Source: Psychroserpens sp. (GTDB lineage: Bacteria; Bacteroidota; Bacteroidia; Flavobacteriales; Flavobacteriaceae). Taken from it: a DNA stretch of 64,000 nt. The first letter of the stretch is position 1. Each line of letters begins with the position of its first letter. Positions 1 to 9,632 of the stretch are shown here, piece after piece. The DNA is taken from NCBI RefSeq assembly GCF_047633235.1, contig NZ_JBLIET010000014.1:1448-65447 (forward strand). The letters run 5' to 3'. The translations under genes were made by a program, and so were the position numbers. The notes beneath the pieces were generated by a model. The model was not told where the DNA came from, searched no databases, and saw only the letters and a program-made list of their open reading frames with translations.

Positions 1-1
1 C

Positions 2-2845
2 GCTGTTCAAGCTTTAGATGAAAAAGCCCTTACAGAAGTCAAAACAGTGAACTTCCTTGATAATATTGCAGGAAAATTAGCAGGTGTAACCGTCTCTCAA
101 GGTGCTACAGGTGTTGGGTCTTCATCAAAAATCACAATTCGCGGTGAATCCTCATTTTCTAATAATAACCCCTTATTTATTGTGGATGGTACACCAATAA
201 ACAATGAAACGGTTTTCAATTTCACTAATGAAGCTGCTGCTGGTTTTCAAGAAATTGACTTTGGTAATGGCGCCATGGAAGTCAATCCAGATGACATAGA
301 ATCGGTAACCGTTTTAAAAGGAGCTAATGCTGCTGCACTTTATGGAACGCGCGCTTCAAATGGCGTTATCGTAATAAAAACTAAGGATGGTCGCAACAAA
401 AAAGGCTTAGGCGTTAGTTTTAATACATCACTTACTGTCGACTCTGCATTTCGTTTACCAGATTTTCAAAATCAATATGGTCAAGGTCAATCTGGTCAAT
501 TTGAATATGTTGATGGTCTTGGTGGTGGAATTAGCGATAATATCACCTATTCTTGGGGACCACGATTGGATGCTGGACTATTGATTTCTCAATTTGATAG
601 TCCTGTAGATTTAGGAAACGGTATTTTTGTTCGTGGTGGTGACACCTCTCTATATTCTGGGATTCCAATTACTGCAACAGCCTTCAATTCTAACCCTGAT
701 AATCTTAAAGATTTCTACGAAACGGGAGTGACCACTATTAATAATTTGTCAATTTCTAACGGATTTGAAACTGGAAATTACCGTTTGTCATTCACTGATT
801 TACGAAGTGAATCTATCATTCCAGGAGTCAATCTCGACAGACAAACGGTTGCTGCAAAATTAAATTTCAATCCAAGTGATAAAACCGAAATCAATACCTC
901 AATAAACTATGTGAATTCTAGTAGTGATAATAGACCCTCCAATGGTTATGGCAGTGAAAATGCGAATTACTCACTTGTAGCTTGGGGACCACGCTCATTA
1001 GACATCAATAGTTTGCGACATTATTGGCAACCGGGTTTGGAAGGTGTCCAACAATATTCATTTAACTATACGTTTTTTGATAATCCGTTCTTTATTTTAA
1101 ATGAAAACAGAAACTCCTTTGAGCGTGATCGTATCTTCGGAAATATTAGAGTTCATCATAAGATTACAAATGATCTAAGTATTTCGCTGAGATCTGGAAT
1201 GGATTACAGTAGTGAAACCAGACAATTAAGACGTAGCTTTAGTAGCAATCGTTTTCAAAATGGTGGTTATGCAGAACATGATGTCACCTTTAGAGAAGTC
1301 AACACCGATTTTTTAGTCAATTACAACAATCAATTGGGTGATCTCTCTTTTGATGTGTCTTTAGGCGGAAATCGTCTCGACCAAAACGCGTCAACTAAAC
1401 AATTACAAACAGTTAACTTAGCACAACCTGGAATTTTCAATCTTAATAATGCCGCATCGCCAATTCAAGCATTTCAGTTTGAAAGTAGAAAACGCATCAA
1501 CTCACTTTACGGAATTGCTAAATTTGGTTATAAAGACTATTTATTCTTAGATATTACAGGACGTAATGATTGGTCTAGTGCTCTAGCAACACCTTTCTCT
1601 GTTGATGGTACGTCGTTCTTTTATCCTTCGGTTTCTACAAGTTTTATTGCATCCAATGTTACTGAATTACCAGAGGTATTTTCTTTTGCCAAATTAAGAG
1701 CAAGTGTTGCTCAAGTAGGAAATGATACTGGAGCGTATCAAACCTCTGGAGCGTTTGTATCTCAAACCCCTTTTAATGGTCAGCCAACATTTAGTGATCA
1801 AAACTTTATCCCGAATTCAAACTTAAAACCAGAACAAACCACGTCGTTTGAGATTGGTACCGATTTACGTTTCTTCAAAGACCGTTTAACTTTTGATTTG
1901 ACATATTATAACGCAACCACAAGAGATCAAATCATCTCCCTACCAATTGCTGTGTCTTCTGGATACAATCAACAAGTCGTCAATGGCGGAGAAGTAAACT
2001 CGCAAGGTGTTGAAATCATTTTAGGTGCTACACCTATTAAGAATCAAAATTTTAGATGGAATACACTCTTTAATTTTGCAACAAGTCGTGCAACCATTAA
2101 AGATTTACCACAAAAAGATGGTAGACTAACTCTAGCATACAGCAGGATTTATGACAGTGCGAACCAAACGGTTTGGTTTCAAGTAGAAGAAGGTGGACGC
2201 ATTGGTGATATTTACGGAACTGGCTATTTGAGAAATGATAATGGTGATTTTATAATTGACGACAACGGGCGATTTATAGCAGATAACAACCTTCAAAAAA
2301 TAGGGAATTATAATCCAGATTTTACATTAGGATGGAATAACAACTTCAGTTATAAAAATTGGACTATGAGTTTCTTATTTGACTGGAGGCAGGGTGGAGA
2401 AATCGTATCCCGAACTCGCGCTTTAGGTAATGTTGGAGGTCAATTAGCAGAAACTGCTTTTAGACCAGATAATGGCATCACAGCTCAAGGCGTCAACCAA
2501 ACGACAGGTGAACCAAATACAGTTTCTATCTCTGCAGAAAGCTATTACAGACAATTTTACGATAGGAACCATGAAGAAAACAATGTGTATGATGCCTCTT
2601 TTTTGAAGCTACGACAATTTTCTATTGGCTACGATTTTAAACTAAAAGGTGGCTTTTTAGGATTAAAAGAAGGTGCCGATTTAAGTCTGGCACTCATTGG
2701 AAACAACTTATTTGTGATTACTGAAAATCCGCATTTTGATCCAGAACAACTCGCAGTGCAAGGCAATAGCTTTGTAAGCGGAGTTGAAGATATGAGTTAT
2801 GCTGCTACACGAAGTATCGGATTTAAAGCCGGATTTAATTTCTAA
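2..2845 (+). CDS. SusC/RagA-family TonB-dependent outer-membrane receptor (5' end outside window)
   Basis: The frame is open from nt 2 (AVQALDEKALTEVKTV precedes the GTG at 47). Plug motifs are ITIRGESS, NPLFIVDG, IESVTVLKGANAAALYG and NGVIVIKTK. A long barrel ends in SIGFKAGFNF. A SusD-like gene follows directly. Confidence 0.93.
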   Translation, partial: AVQALDEKALTEVKTVNFLDNIAGKLAGVTVSQGATGVGSSSKITIRGESSFSNNNPLFIVDGTPINNETVFNFTNEAAAGFQEIDFGNGAMEVNPDDIESVTVLKGANAAALYGTRASNGVIVIKTKDGRNKKGLGVSFNTSLTVDSAFRLPDFQNQYGQGQSGQFEYVDGLGGGISDNITYSWGPRLDAGLLISQFDSPVDLGNGIFVRGGDTSLYSGIPITATAFNSNPDNLKDFYETGVTTINNLSISNGFETGNYRLSFTDLRSESIIPGVNLDRQTVAAKLNFNPSDKTEINTSINYVNSSSDNRPSNGYGSENANYSLVAWGPRSLDINSLRHYWQPGLEGVQQYSFNYTFFDNPFFILNENRNSFERDRIFGNIRVHHKITNDLSISLRSGMDYSSETRQLRRSFSSNRFQNGGYAEHDVTFREVNTDFLVNYNNQLGDLSFDVSLGGNRLDQNASTKQLQTVNLAQPGIFNLNNAASPIQAFQFESRKRINSLYGIAKFGYKDYLFLDITGRNDWSSALATPFSVDGTSFFYPSVSTSFIASNVTELPEVFSFAKLRASVAQVGNDTGAYQTSGAFVSQTPFNGQPTFSDQNFIPNSNLKPEQTTSFEIGTDLRFFKDRLTFDLTYYNATTRDQIISLPIAVSSGYNQQVVNGGEVNSQGVEIILGATPIKNQNFRWNTLFNFATSRATIKDLPQKDGRLTLAYSRIYDSANQTVWFQVEEGGRIGDIYGTGYLRNDNGDFIIDDNGRFIADNNLQKIGNYNPDFTLGWNNNFSYKNWTMSFLFDWRQGGEIVSRTRALGNVGGQLAETAFRPDNGITAQGVNQTTGEPNTVSISAESYYRQFYDRNHEENNVYDASFLKLRQFSIGYDFKLKGGFLGLKEGADLSLALIGNNLFVITENPHFDPEQLAVQGNSFVSGVEDMSYAATRSIGFKAGFNF

Positions 2846-2852
2846 ACTAATT

Positions 2853-4298
2853 ATGATGAAAAACATAAAATACCTATTTATATTTTTAGGTCTTCTAGCT
2901 CTAGTGAGTTGCACTAAAGACTTTGAAGACATTAATACTAACCCAAATTCACCAAGCGCTGTACAACCAAGCTTACTATTACGTCAAGTGATTTATGATT
3001 TTGGAGAAAACATGAGTTACGAAGGATTTGTAGCTGGTGATTTATTATCACAACATAGAACCGCCTTAGATTTTAATCTCTTTGATCGTCATGCACTTAA
3101 ATCACCACAATTAGGAGGAAATCCTTGGCCAGTGTTTTACACAAATCTTCGCGATAATGAGATTATTTTAAATCAGTCGAGAACCGTTGAAACCTTTTCA
3201 GTTTATGAAGGTCCAGCGTTAATTCTAAAAGCTTATATGACTGCTGGTTTGACAGATTTATTTGGCGACGTTCCCTATTTTGAAGCCTTTAATGGTGTCA
3301 ACGGAACGGTAACACCTGCTTATGATTTACAAGAAGATATTTACTTAAATGAGAATGGAATTCTAGATAATCTAAACAAGGGCATTGCCGCTATTGAGGC
3401 ATACAGTGATGTGACTCCATTGGAAGGAGATATTTTATTTAATGGCGATTTAAGTGCTTGGGTACGTTTTGCAAATTCCCTAAAAATTAAACATTTGCTA
3501 CGCATTTCTGGACAAGTTGATGTTTCCGCAGAATTACAAACTATTTTTGATGGTGGTAATTATATCACATCAAATATTCAAAACGCAATATTCAATTTTA
3601 CAAATACAGACCCTAACAGTTTTCGTTTAGCACAATTGCGTGTTGGTGATTTCAACAATTTTGTATTGTCTGAAACAATGGGTGACATCCTAACAGAGTT
3701 GAATGATACAAGAATTAAAACCTTCTTTAGACCATTTTCAAATTCATCAACTGGAGAATTTAATGGATTAATTAACGGTATTGATCCTTCAGAAACGTCT
3801 GTAAACTTATCAGATTATTCGCTAGCAGGAACTCCTTTTAGAGAAGATACTTCGAGCCTTGATGCAAATTTCATAACCGCTTGGGAAGTTCAATTTGCCT
3901 TAGCAGAGGCGGCAGCAAGGAATTTGATTGTAGCAGATGCTCAAAATTTATATGAAACTGGCGTCGCATTAGCTTTCAACTATTGGAATACCGAGTTACC
4001 TGTCGATTATTTAATAGGAAACGCCGCTTTCAATGCCGCAGGAACCACAGCTGTTCAGCAAATTATTACCCAAAAATGGATTGCCAATGTTATTAATGGC
4101 TATGAAGGTTGGGTAGAGTATCGCAGAACAGGATTCCCTGAATTAGGGACAATTTCGGCAAGTTTTAATAATGATTTAATACCGGTTCGCATGCCTTATC
4201 CCGCAGAGGAAGACGCTTTAAATAATGAGAATTACACAATTGCTGCTGTAGCAACCGATGATAATAGTATTAATGTGAAGGTTTGGTGGAATGAATAA
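2853..4298 (+). CDS. SusD/RagB-family nutrient-binding outer-membrane lipoprotein
   Basis: Lipoprotein signal MMKNIKYLFIFLGLLALVSC. It sits 8 nt after the susC-like stop. The body is helical and SusD-like, with WIANVINGYEGWVEYRRTGFP near the C-terminus. ATG 2853 is preferred to the overlapping start at 2799. Confidence 0.9.
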   Translation: MMKNIKYLFIFLGLLALVSCTKDFEDINTNPNSPSAVQPSLLLRQVIYDFGENMSYEGFVAGDLLSQHRTALDFNLFDRHALKSPQLGGNPWPVFYTNLRDNEIILNQSRTVETFSVYEGPALILKAYMTAGLTDLFGDVPYFEAFNGVNGTVTPAYDLQEDIYLNENGILDNLNKGIAAIEAYSDVTPLEGDILFNGDLSAWVRFANSLKIKHLLRISGQVDVSAELQTIFDGGNYITSNIQNAIFNFTNTDPNSFRLAQLRVGDFNNFVLSETMGDILTELNDTRIKTFFRPFSNSSTGEFNGLINGIDPSETSVNLSDYSLAGTPFREDTSSLDANFITAWEVQFALAEAAARNLIVADAQNLYETGVALAFNYWNTELPVDYLIGNAAFNAAGTTAVQQIITQKWIANVINGYEGWVEYRRTGFPELGTISASFNNDLIPVRMPYPAEEDALNNENYTIAAVATDDNSINVKVWWNE

Positions 4299-4439
4299 CC
4301 CTAGCCCTAGCCCTTTCCAAAGAAAAGGGAACCGTGTTAGAGACTGGATGAATAATGAGAAACGAGACCTCACGAAGAAACACAATCGAGTAAGAGTTCC
4401 TTCCCTTCGGGAAGGTTAGGATGGGATTTAGATAAGAAC

Positions 4440-5780
4440 ATGGAAACAATACACTGGCAATGGACATTAATAATCGTATCAAGTTTGATACTGTTTTTCT
4501 TGTCGCCTTTAGCAAAAACTAGAGATCAGTTTTTTAAAGCTGTGAGTAACCGCAAAGCACCAAATACTTTGGTATTGACCGGGAGCTTAATGATCTCATG
4601 GATTTTTGCCAAAAGCATCACAAATGCTGCAAATCTAGGTCTTGATTACGGGATTGTTGGCGGTGTTGCTTATGCTGGTTATTATTTGTCATTCGCGGTC
4701 GCTGGTATATTGATTTACCAAATGCGAACTAAAGGTGGATTTAAAAGTATTCACGAATTCCTAACCACAAAATTCGGGAAAGGTGCTATGGCCATTTTCT
4801 CTATTTTAATTGCTATTCGTTTATTCAACGAGGTGTGGAGTAATACGATGGTTATTGGTAGTTATTTTGGAAAATCTGGAGGTCAGCCTTATTATTTAGC
4901 TATAATAGTTTTTACGGTATTGACTTTAGCCTATGCCGCAAAAGGTGGATTGAGCAGTTCTATATTTACAGATGTAATACAAATGGTCTTGTTTTCAGTA
5001 TTGTTGATGATAATTTTAGGTACTATTTTTTCTACGGAAGATTTCGCGACAACAGACATTGTAACCTCTGGAACATGGAGTTTTGAACTAGGGCTTAACT
5101 TATTTTTTGCAGCGATTATACAGTCATTTAGTTATCCGTTTCATGATCCTGTATTGACAGATCGCGCATTTATAACCTCTCCAAAAGTAACACGAAGAAG
5201 CTTTTTACTAGCTAGTATTTTAGGTGCAATTTGTATCATATTATTTAGTGTCATTGGCATTTATGCACAAACACAAGGCATGAAAGGTCAAGCGGCAGTG
5301 GAAGTAGGGAAAGCCTTTGGTGTGATCATTTTATTAGTCATTAATTTTATTATGATAACGTCTGCTGCATCTACGCTAGATTCGACATTCTCATCGTTTT
5401 CTAAGTTATTGGCTATTGATTTAAAAATGGGAAAAGATTTAACCTTTGGTCGTATATCAATGGCAATAATTGCTATTTTGGGAACGCTTCCTGTATTTTT
5501 AGATGTTGAAATTTTATCGGCTACAACCATTTCAGGAACTATGGTTATTGGTTTAACTCCGGTATTTGTATTCTGGAATATGAAAGTACCACGAATTAGT
5601 TTTTACTTGAGTGTTATTTGTGGATTGGTTTTTGGGTTTGTATTAGTATTTGGGGTATTCCCTGAATCCTTAATGTTTACTGAAGGCAAATATGCCGATT
5701 TACTTTGGGTCAATGTTTGGGGGATATTAAGTTGTATTATAATTTATATCATCCCAAAGTTTATCGTAATTAAAAGATAA
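4440..5780 (+). CDS. Sodium:solute symporter (SSS) family-like polytopic transporter
   Basis: 446 aa with about 12 hydrophobic segments. The N-terminal region resembles the SSS family (SWIFAKSITNAANLG, GGVAYAGYY). It is the first gene of a tightly packed same-strand cluster. Confidence 0.7.
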   Translation: METIHWQWTLIIVSSLILFFLSPLAKTRDQFFKAVSNRKAPNTLVLTGSLMISWIFAKSITNAANLGLDYGIVGGVAYAGYYLSFAVAGILIYQMRTKGGFKSIHEFLTTKFGKGAMAIFSILIAIRLFNEVWSNTMVIGSYFGKSGGQPYYLAIIVFTVLTLAYAAKGGLSSSIFTDVIQMVLFSVLLMIILGTIFSTEDFATTDIVTSGTWSFELGLNLFFAAIIQSFSYPFHDPVLTDRAFITSPKVTRRSFLLASILGAICIILFSVIGIYAQTQGMKGQAAVEVGKAFGVIILLVINFIMITSAASTLDSTFSSFSKLLAIDLKMGKDLTFGRISMAIIAILGTLPVFLDVEILSATTISGTMVIGLTPVFVFWNMKVPRISFYLSVICGLVFGFVLVFGVFPESLMFTEGKYADLLWVNVWGILSCIIIYIIPKFIVIKR

Positions 5781-5805
5781 GATTTCCTGTTGTTTGGAAA
5801 ATGCT

Positions 5806-6633
5806 ATGGATAAAAAAATAGAAGATTTAGGAACCATAAAGGGAAGAATACTCCTCTTTGGTGGTGTTTACAGCAATCTACAAGCTTTAGAAGCTATGAA
5901 GCAAGTTGCTGAGCGCGAACAAATTTCGGCAGAAAATTGCATTTGTACAGGAGATATTGTTGGCTATTGTGCGCAACCTGAAGAGACAGTTCAACTGTTT
6001 CAACTTTGGAAGGCAAGAAGTATTGCTGGTAACGTTGAAATACAATTGCGCGGAGGTGCTGATGATTGCGGTTGCGATTTTAAAAAAGGATCTCGCTGTG
6101 ATGGGTTTTCGCAACAATGGTATCCGTTTGCACAAAGTAAACTGTCTAAAAATTCTTTAAGCTTTATGGAGACACTTCCTGACCATATTACATTTGATTA
6201 TGCGGGACAACGTGTTACTGTAGTTCATGGATCTTATTTTAACACCTCTGCTTTTATCTACAAATCGAGTCCTTGGGAACGTAAGCAACCTAATTTTGAG
6301 ACGACCAAGAGTAATGTCATTGTTGGTGGACATTGTGGGTTACCTTTTAATCATAAAAACGAAAACAAGTTATGGTTAAATCCGGGTGTGATTGGGATGC
6401 CAGCAAATGACGGAAATCCTAGTGTATGGTATGCTATTTTGGACGACGCTCAAGAAAGTTTTACCTTTAAACATCATACCTTAGACTATAATTATAAATT
6501 AACGCGTAAATTGATGGATAACGGATTATTACCTCAAGAATACGCTCGAACAATAGTGACTGGTATTTGGGATAATACCGAAATTTTACCAGAAGTTGAG
6601 AGTGGTTTACAAGGCTTCGGAATTCAATTATAA
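5806..6633 (+). CDS. Metallophosphoesterase-fold protein (YfcE/MJ0936-like) with atypical motifs and a Cys-rich insert
   Basis: GD (CTGDIVG), GNxE (AGNVEIQ), VVHGS and GGHCG follow the order of calcineurin-like motifs. The first motif reads FGGVYSN instead of D-x-H. The insert is DDCGCDFKKGSRCD. ATG 5806 is used instead of the TTG at 5794. Confidence 0.6.
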   Translation: MDKKIEDLGTIKGRILLFGGVYSNLQALEAMKQVAEREQISAENCICTGDIVGYCAQPEETVQLFQLWKARSIAGNVEIQLRGGADDCGCDFKKGSRCDGFSQQWYPFAQSKLSKNSLSFMETLPDHITFDYAGQRVTVVHGSYFNTSAFIYKSSPWERKQPNFETTKSNVIVGGHCGLPFNHKNENKLWLNPGVIGMPANDGNPSVWYAILDDAQESFTFKHHTLDYNYKLTRKLMDNGLLPQEYARTIVTGIWDNTEILPEVESGLQGFGIQL

Positions 6634-6637
6634 AACA

Positions 6638-7150
6638 ATGAAATTAATAGTATTCATTTTTTTCTCTCTACTGGCGCTCTCGATGTCTGCTCAAGACTCG
6701 TTAGACAATTTATTGAAGCAATATAACACTAATGCTGTCCCTTATATTTCGGTACAAGAATTAGCAATGCCTAAAACTGAAGCTATTATTTTAGATGCTA
6801 GAGAACGATCTGAGTACGACATAAGCCATCTTAAAAATGCAATATTTATTGGGTATAATCATTTTAGTTTAGAACAAACGACACAAAAACTTCAGGACAA
6901 AAATCAAACTATTGTTGTGTATTGCTCATTAGGAATCCGATCTGAAACCATCGCTAACCAACTTAAAAAAGCTGGCTATACGAACATCAAAAACTTATAT
7001 GGTGGTATTTTTGAATGGAGAAACAAGGGTTTTAAGGTTTATAATTCGGAAGATAAAAAAACCGATAGCATTCATGCTTTTTCAAAAGCTTGGAGCAAAT
7101 GGTTAACTAAAGGAACAAAGGTTTATCCCGAGACTAAAAAAAGTAATTAA
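6638..7150 (+). CDS. Secreted single-domain rhodanese-like sulfurtransferase
   Basis: Signal peptide MKLIVFIFFSLLALSMSAQ. The active-site loop VVYCSLGIRS has C-X4-R spacing. The end reads GGIFEWRNKG. ATG 6638 is preferred to the start at 6596, which overlaps the upstream gene. Confidence 0.85.
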   Translation: MKLIVFIFFSLLALSMSAQDSLDNLLKQYNTNAVPYISVQELAMPKTEAIILDARERSEYDISHLKNAIFIGYNHFSLEQTTQKLQDKNQTIVVYCSLGIRSETIANQLKKAGYTNIKNLYGGIFEWRNKGFKVYNSEDKKTDSIHAFSKAWSKWLTKGTKVYPETKKSN

Positions 7151-7152
7151 AA

Positions 7153-7761
7153 TTGAAAACTGCATTAATAATATTTACCAGAAATCCAGAACTAGGCAAA
7201 TGTAAAACTCGTTTAGCTAAAACTTTAGGTGATCAATCTGCTCTCGATATTTATAAATATTTACTTCAGCATACAGCAAATATTTCAAAAGAGGTAAAGG
7301 CAGATCGTTATGTGTTTTATTCTGAAAACATCAACAACGATGATATTTGGAGTGTGGCACATTTCAGTAAAAAACTACAAAAAGGGAATGATTTGGGAGA
7401 ACGCATGCACAATGCATTTGATGAATTATTAAATTTAGACTATAAAAAAGTCATCATTGTTGGCAGTGACTTACTAGATTTGGACGAACAAATTATTGAA
7501 GAGGCTATTCAAAAGTTAGATGACAATGATGTCGTTTTAGGCCCTGCAGAAGACGGAGGTTATTATCTATTAGGAATGAAGCAACTACATCCAGCTATTT
7601 TTAAAAACAAAGCTTGGGGAACCGAGACGGTTAGAGAAGATACGATGACAGATTTAAAAAACAAGGCCGTATCTTTGCTTAACCCACTTAATGATATCGA
7701 CACCTTTGACGATATGACACATTACAACCAACTCAAACAATTTTATACTACGCATGATTAA
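7153..7761 (+). CDS. DUF2064 / TIGR04282-family glycosyltransferase-like protein
   Basis: ALIIFTRNPELGKCKTRLAKTLG and VVLGPAEDGGYYLLG match the DUF2064 signature as I remember it. It has a TTG start 2 nt after the previous stop. Confidence 0.8.
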   Translation: MKTALIIFTRNPELGKCKTRLAKTLGDQSALDIYKYLLQHTANISKEVKADRYVFYSENINNDDIWSVAHFSKKLQKGNDLGERMHNAFDELLNLDYKKVIIVGSDLLDLDEQIIEEAIQKLDDNDVVLGPAEDGGYYLLGMKQLHPAIFKNKAWGTETVREDTMTDLKNKAVSLLNPLNDIDTFDDMTHYNQLKQFYTTHD

Positions 7762-8566
7762 ATTTATACAAGAAACTACTGAATATTTGCAATCTAAAGG
7801 TTTTGATAATCCAGAAGTCGGTATTATTTTAGGTACAGGTTTAGGTCAATTAACTGACGAGATTGAGATTATAGCAGAAGTGGGCTATAACCAGATCCCA
7901 AACTTCCCTACTGCAACGGTAGAATTTCATAAGGGTAAATTAATTTATGGAAATTTAGCTGGCAAAAAGGTAATTGTGATGCAAGGCCGTTTTCATGTTT
8001 ATGAAGGGTATTCTTTACAGGACGTGACATACCCAGTTCGGGTTATGAAACATTTAGGCATCACAACCCTATTAGTGTCCAATGCCTCTGGAGCTATTAA
8101 TTTAGACTTTAAAAAAGGTGAATTAATGCTGATTGATGATCATATTAATCTACAAGGTGGCTCTCCCCTAGCCTTTAAAGGTGTTGGAGAATTAGGTGAG
8201 CGTTTTGCAGATATGAGTGCTCCCTATGATCTTGAAATCAATGCTAAATTTAAAACCATTGCAAAAGCGCATCATATAAAATTACATGAAGGCGTTTATG
8301 CGAGTGTTGTTGGTCCGCAATTAGAAACCAGGGCAGAGTATAAAATGCTAAAACTTATAGGTGCAGATGCTGTTGGAATGAGCACCGTTCCAGAAGTTAT
8401 CGTTGCAAATCATTTGAATTTAAAAGTAGCTGCAGTGTCAGTTTTAACAGATGAATGCGACCCAAATAATCTCAAACCTGTAGATATTAGTGAGATTATT
8501 GCTATGGCTGGAAAAGCTGAACCTGATATGATCACTTTATTTATAGAATTAATAAAAATGTTATAA
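7754..8566 (+). CDS. Purine nucleoside phosphorylase (PunA/PNP family 2)
   Basis: GIILGTGLG, VMQGRFHVYEGY, LLVSNASGAIN and GMSTVPEVIVA are typical of inosine/guanosine-type PNP. It overlaps the upstream gene by 8 nt. Confidence 0.9.
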   Translation: MIKFIQETTEYLQSKGFDNPEVGIILGTGLGQLTDEIEIIAEVGYNQIPNFPTATVEFHKGKLIYGNLAGKKVIVMQGRFHVYEGYSLQDVTYPVRVMKHLGITTLLVSNASGAINLDFKKGELMLIDDHINLQGGSPLAFKGVGELGERFADMSAPYDLEINAKFKTIAKAHHIKLHEGVYASVVGPQLETRAEYKMLKLIGADAVGMSTVPEVIVANHLNLKVAAVSVLTDECDPNNLKPVDISEIIAMAGKAEPDMITLFIELIKML

Positions 8567-8568
8567 TT

Positions 8569-9537
8569 ATGAGCTATTTAAATGCTACAAACGATTTATA
8601 TAAAGACGCTGCGTTAACACCTGATGTTGGCTTATGCTGTACTACCAATCCAATTTGGGAATTTCCTGGATTAAAAATTCCGAAGATCATGCAAGAAATG
8701 AACTACGGATGTGGCAGTACGGTTCATGCTAGAGATTTAACTAATAACCCTAAAATGCTTTATGTAGGTGTAGGCGGAGGAATGGAGTTATTACAATTTT
8801 CATATTTCAACCGTGAAAAAGGAGGCGTTATTGGCGTAGATGTTGTTGATGAAATGTTAGAAGCGTCACGCAAAAACTTTATTGAAGCCGAAGCTCAAAA
8901 TGATTGGTTTAAAAGTGATTTTGTTGAACTTAAAAAGGGAGATGCTTTAAATTTACCTGTTGAAGACAACAGTATTGATGTCGCTGCTCAAAATTGTTTG
9001 TTTAACATCTTTAAAGCCGAAGATTTAAAACTCGCTATTGATGAAATGTATCGTATTTTAAAGCCCCATGGTCGTTTAGTAATGAGTGATCCTACTTGTG
9101 AGCAACCTATGAATGACACGTTACGAAATGATGATCGTCTTAGAGCGCTTTGTCTTAGTGGAAGTTTACCTATTGACCAATATGTCAAAGCATTAACAGA
9201 TGCAGGTTTTGGTACTATTGAAATTCGTGCTAGAAAACCCTATAGAATCTTAGATCCAAAAAATTATCCGACAGACGAATTGATTTATATTGAATCTATT
9301 GAAGTTGCTGCAATTAAAGATCCAATGCCAGAAGATGGTCCTTGCATTTTTACTGGAAAAGCAGCCATATATTATGGAAATGAAGATTATTTTGACGACA
9401 AGGCTGGACATATTCTATTGAAAAACCAACCGCTAGCTATATGTGATAAAACTGCTGGAGCCTTACAAGCTTTGGGAAGAGATGATATCTATTTTAGTGA
9501 ATCAACCTTTCACTATGATGGCGGTGGATGCTGCTAG
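8569..9537 (+). CDS. SAM-dependent methyltransferase, ArsM-like (arsenite methyltransferase-type cysteine pattern)
   Basis: SAM motif YVGVGGGMELL. Cysteines sit in LCCTT, YGCGS, AQNCLFN and ALCLSG, as in ArsM. There is also a terminal DGGGCC pair. Confidence 0.7.
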   Translation: MSYLNATNDLYKDAALTPDVGLCCTTNPIWEFPGLKIPKIMQEMNYGCGSTVHARDLTNNPKMLYVGVGGGMELLQFSYFNREKGGVIGVDVVDEMLEASRKNFIEAEAQNDWFKSDFVELKKGDALNLPVEDNSIDVAAQNCLFNIFKAEDLKLAIDEMYRILKPHGRLVMSDPTCEQPMNDTLRNDDRLRALCLSGSLPIDQYVKALTDAGFGTIEIRARKPYRILDPKNYPTDELIYIESIEVAAIKDPMPEDGPCIFTGKAAIYYGNEDYFDDKAGHILLKNQPLAICDKTAGALQALGRDDIYFSESTFHYDGGGCC

Positions 9538-9632
9538 GTTCATTGTCTTTACTGCAAAGGCATAAATCTCATTAACTAAAAATAAAAACATCCTTTATTT
9601 AAAAGAGACTCCTACTTTCATAGGAGCTAAAG

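Noticed and set aside
4299-4330. CCCTAG repeats that read CTAGGG on the opposite strand, reminiscent of the start of ykkC/guanidine riboswitches. A CTGGATGAATAATG stretch is also vaguely TPP-like.
   Set aside because: The CTAGGG reading is on the wrong strand for the downstream gene. The rest of either consensus is missing.
5887-6160. Two ~82-84-aa ORFs (one per strand) inside the phosphoesterase-like gene.
   Set aside because: They are fully nested in a longer ORF with ordered family motifs. No independent evidence supports them.
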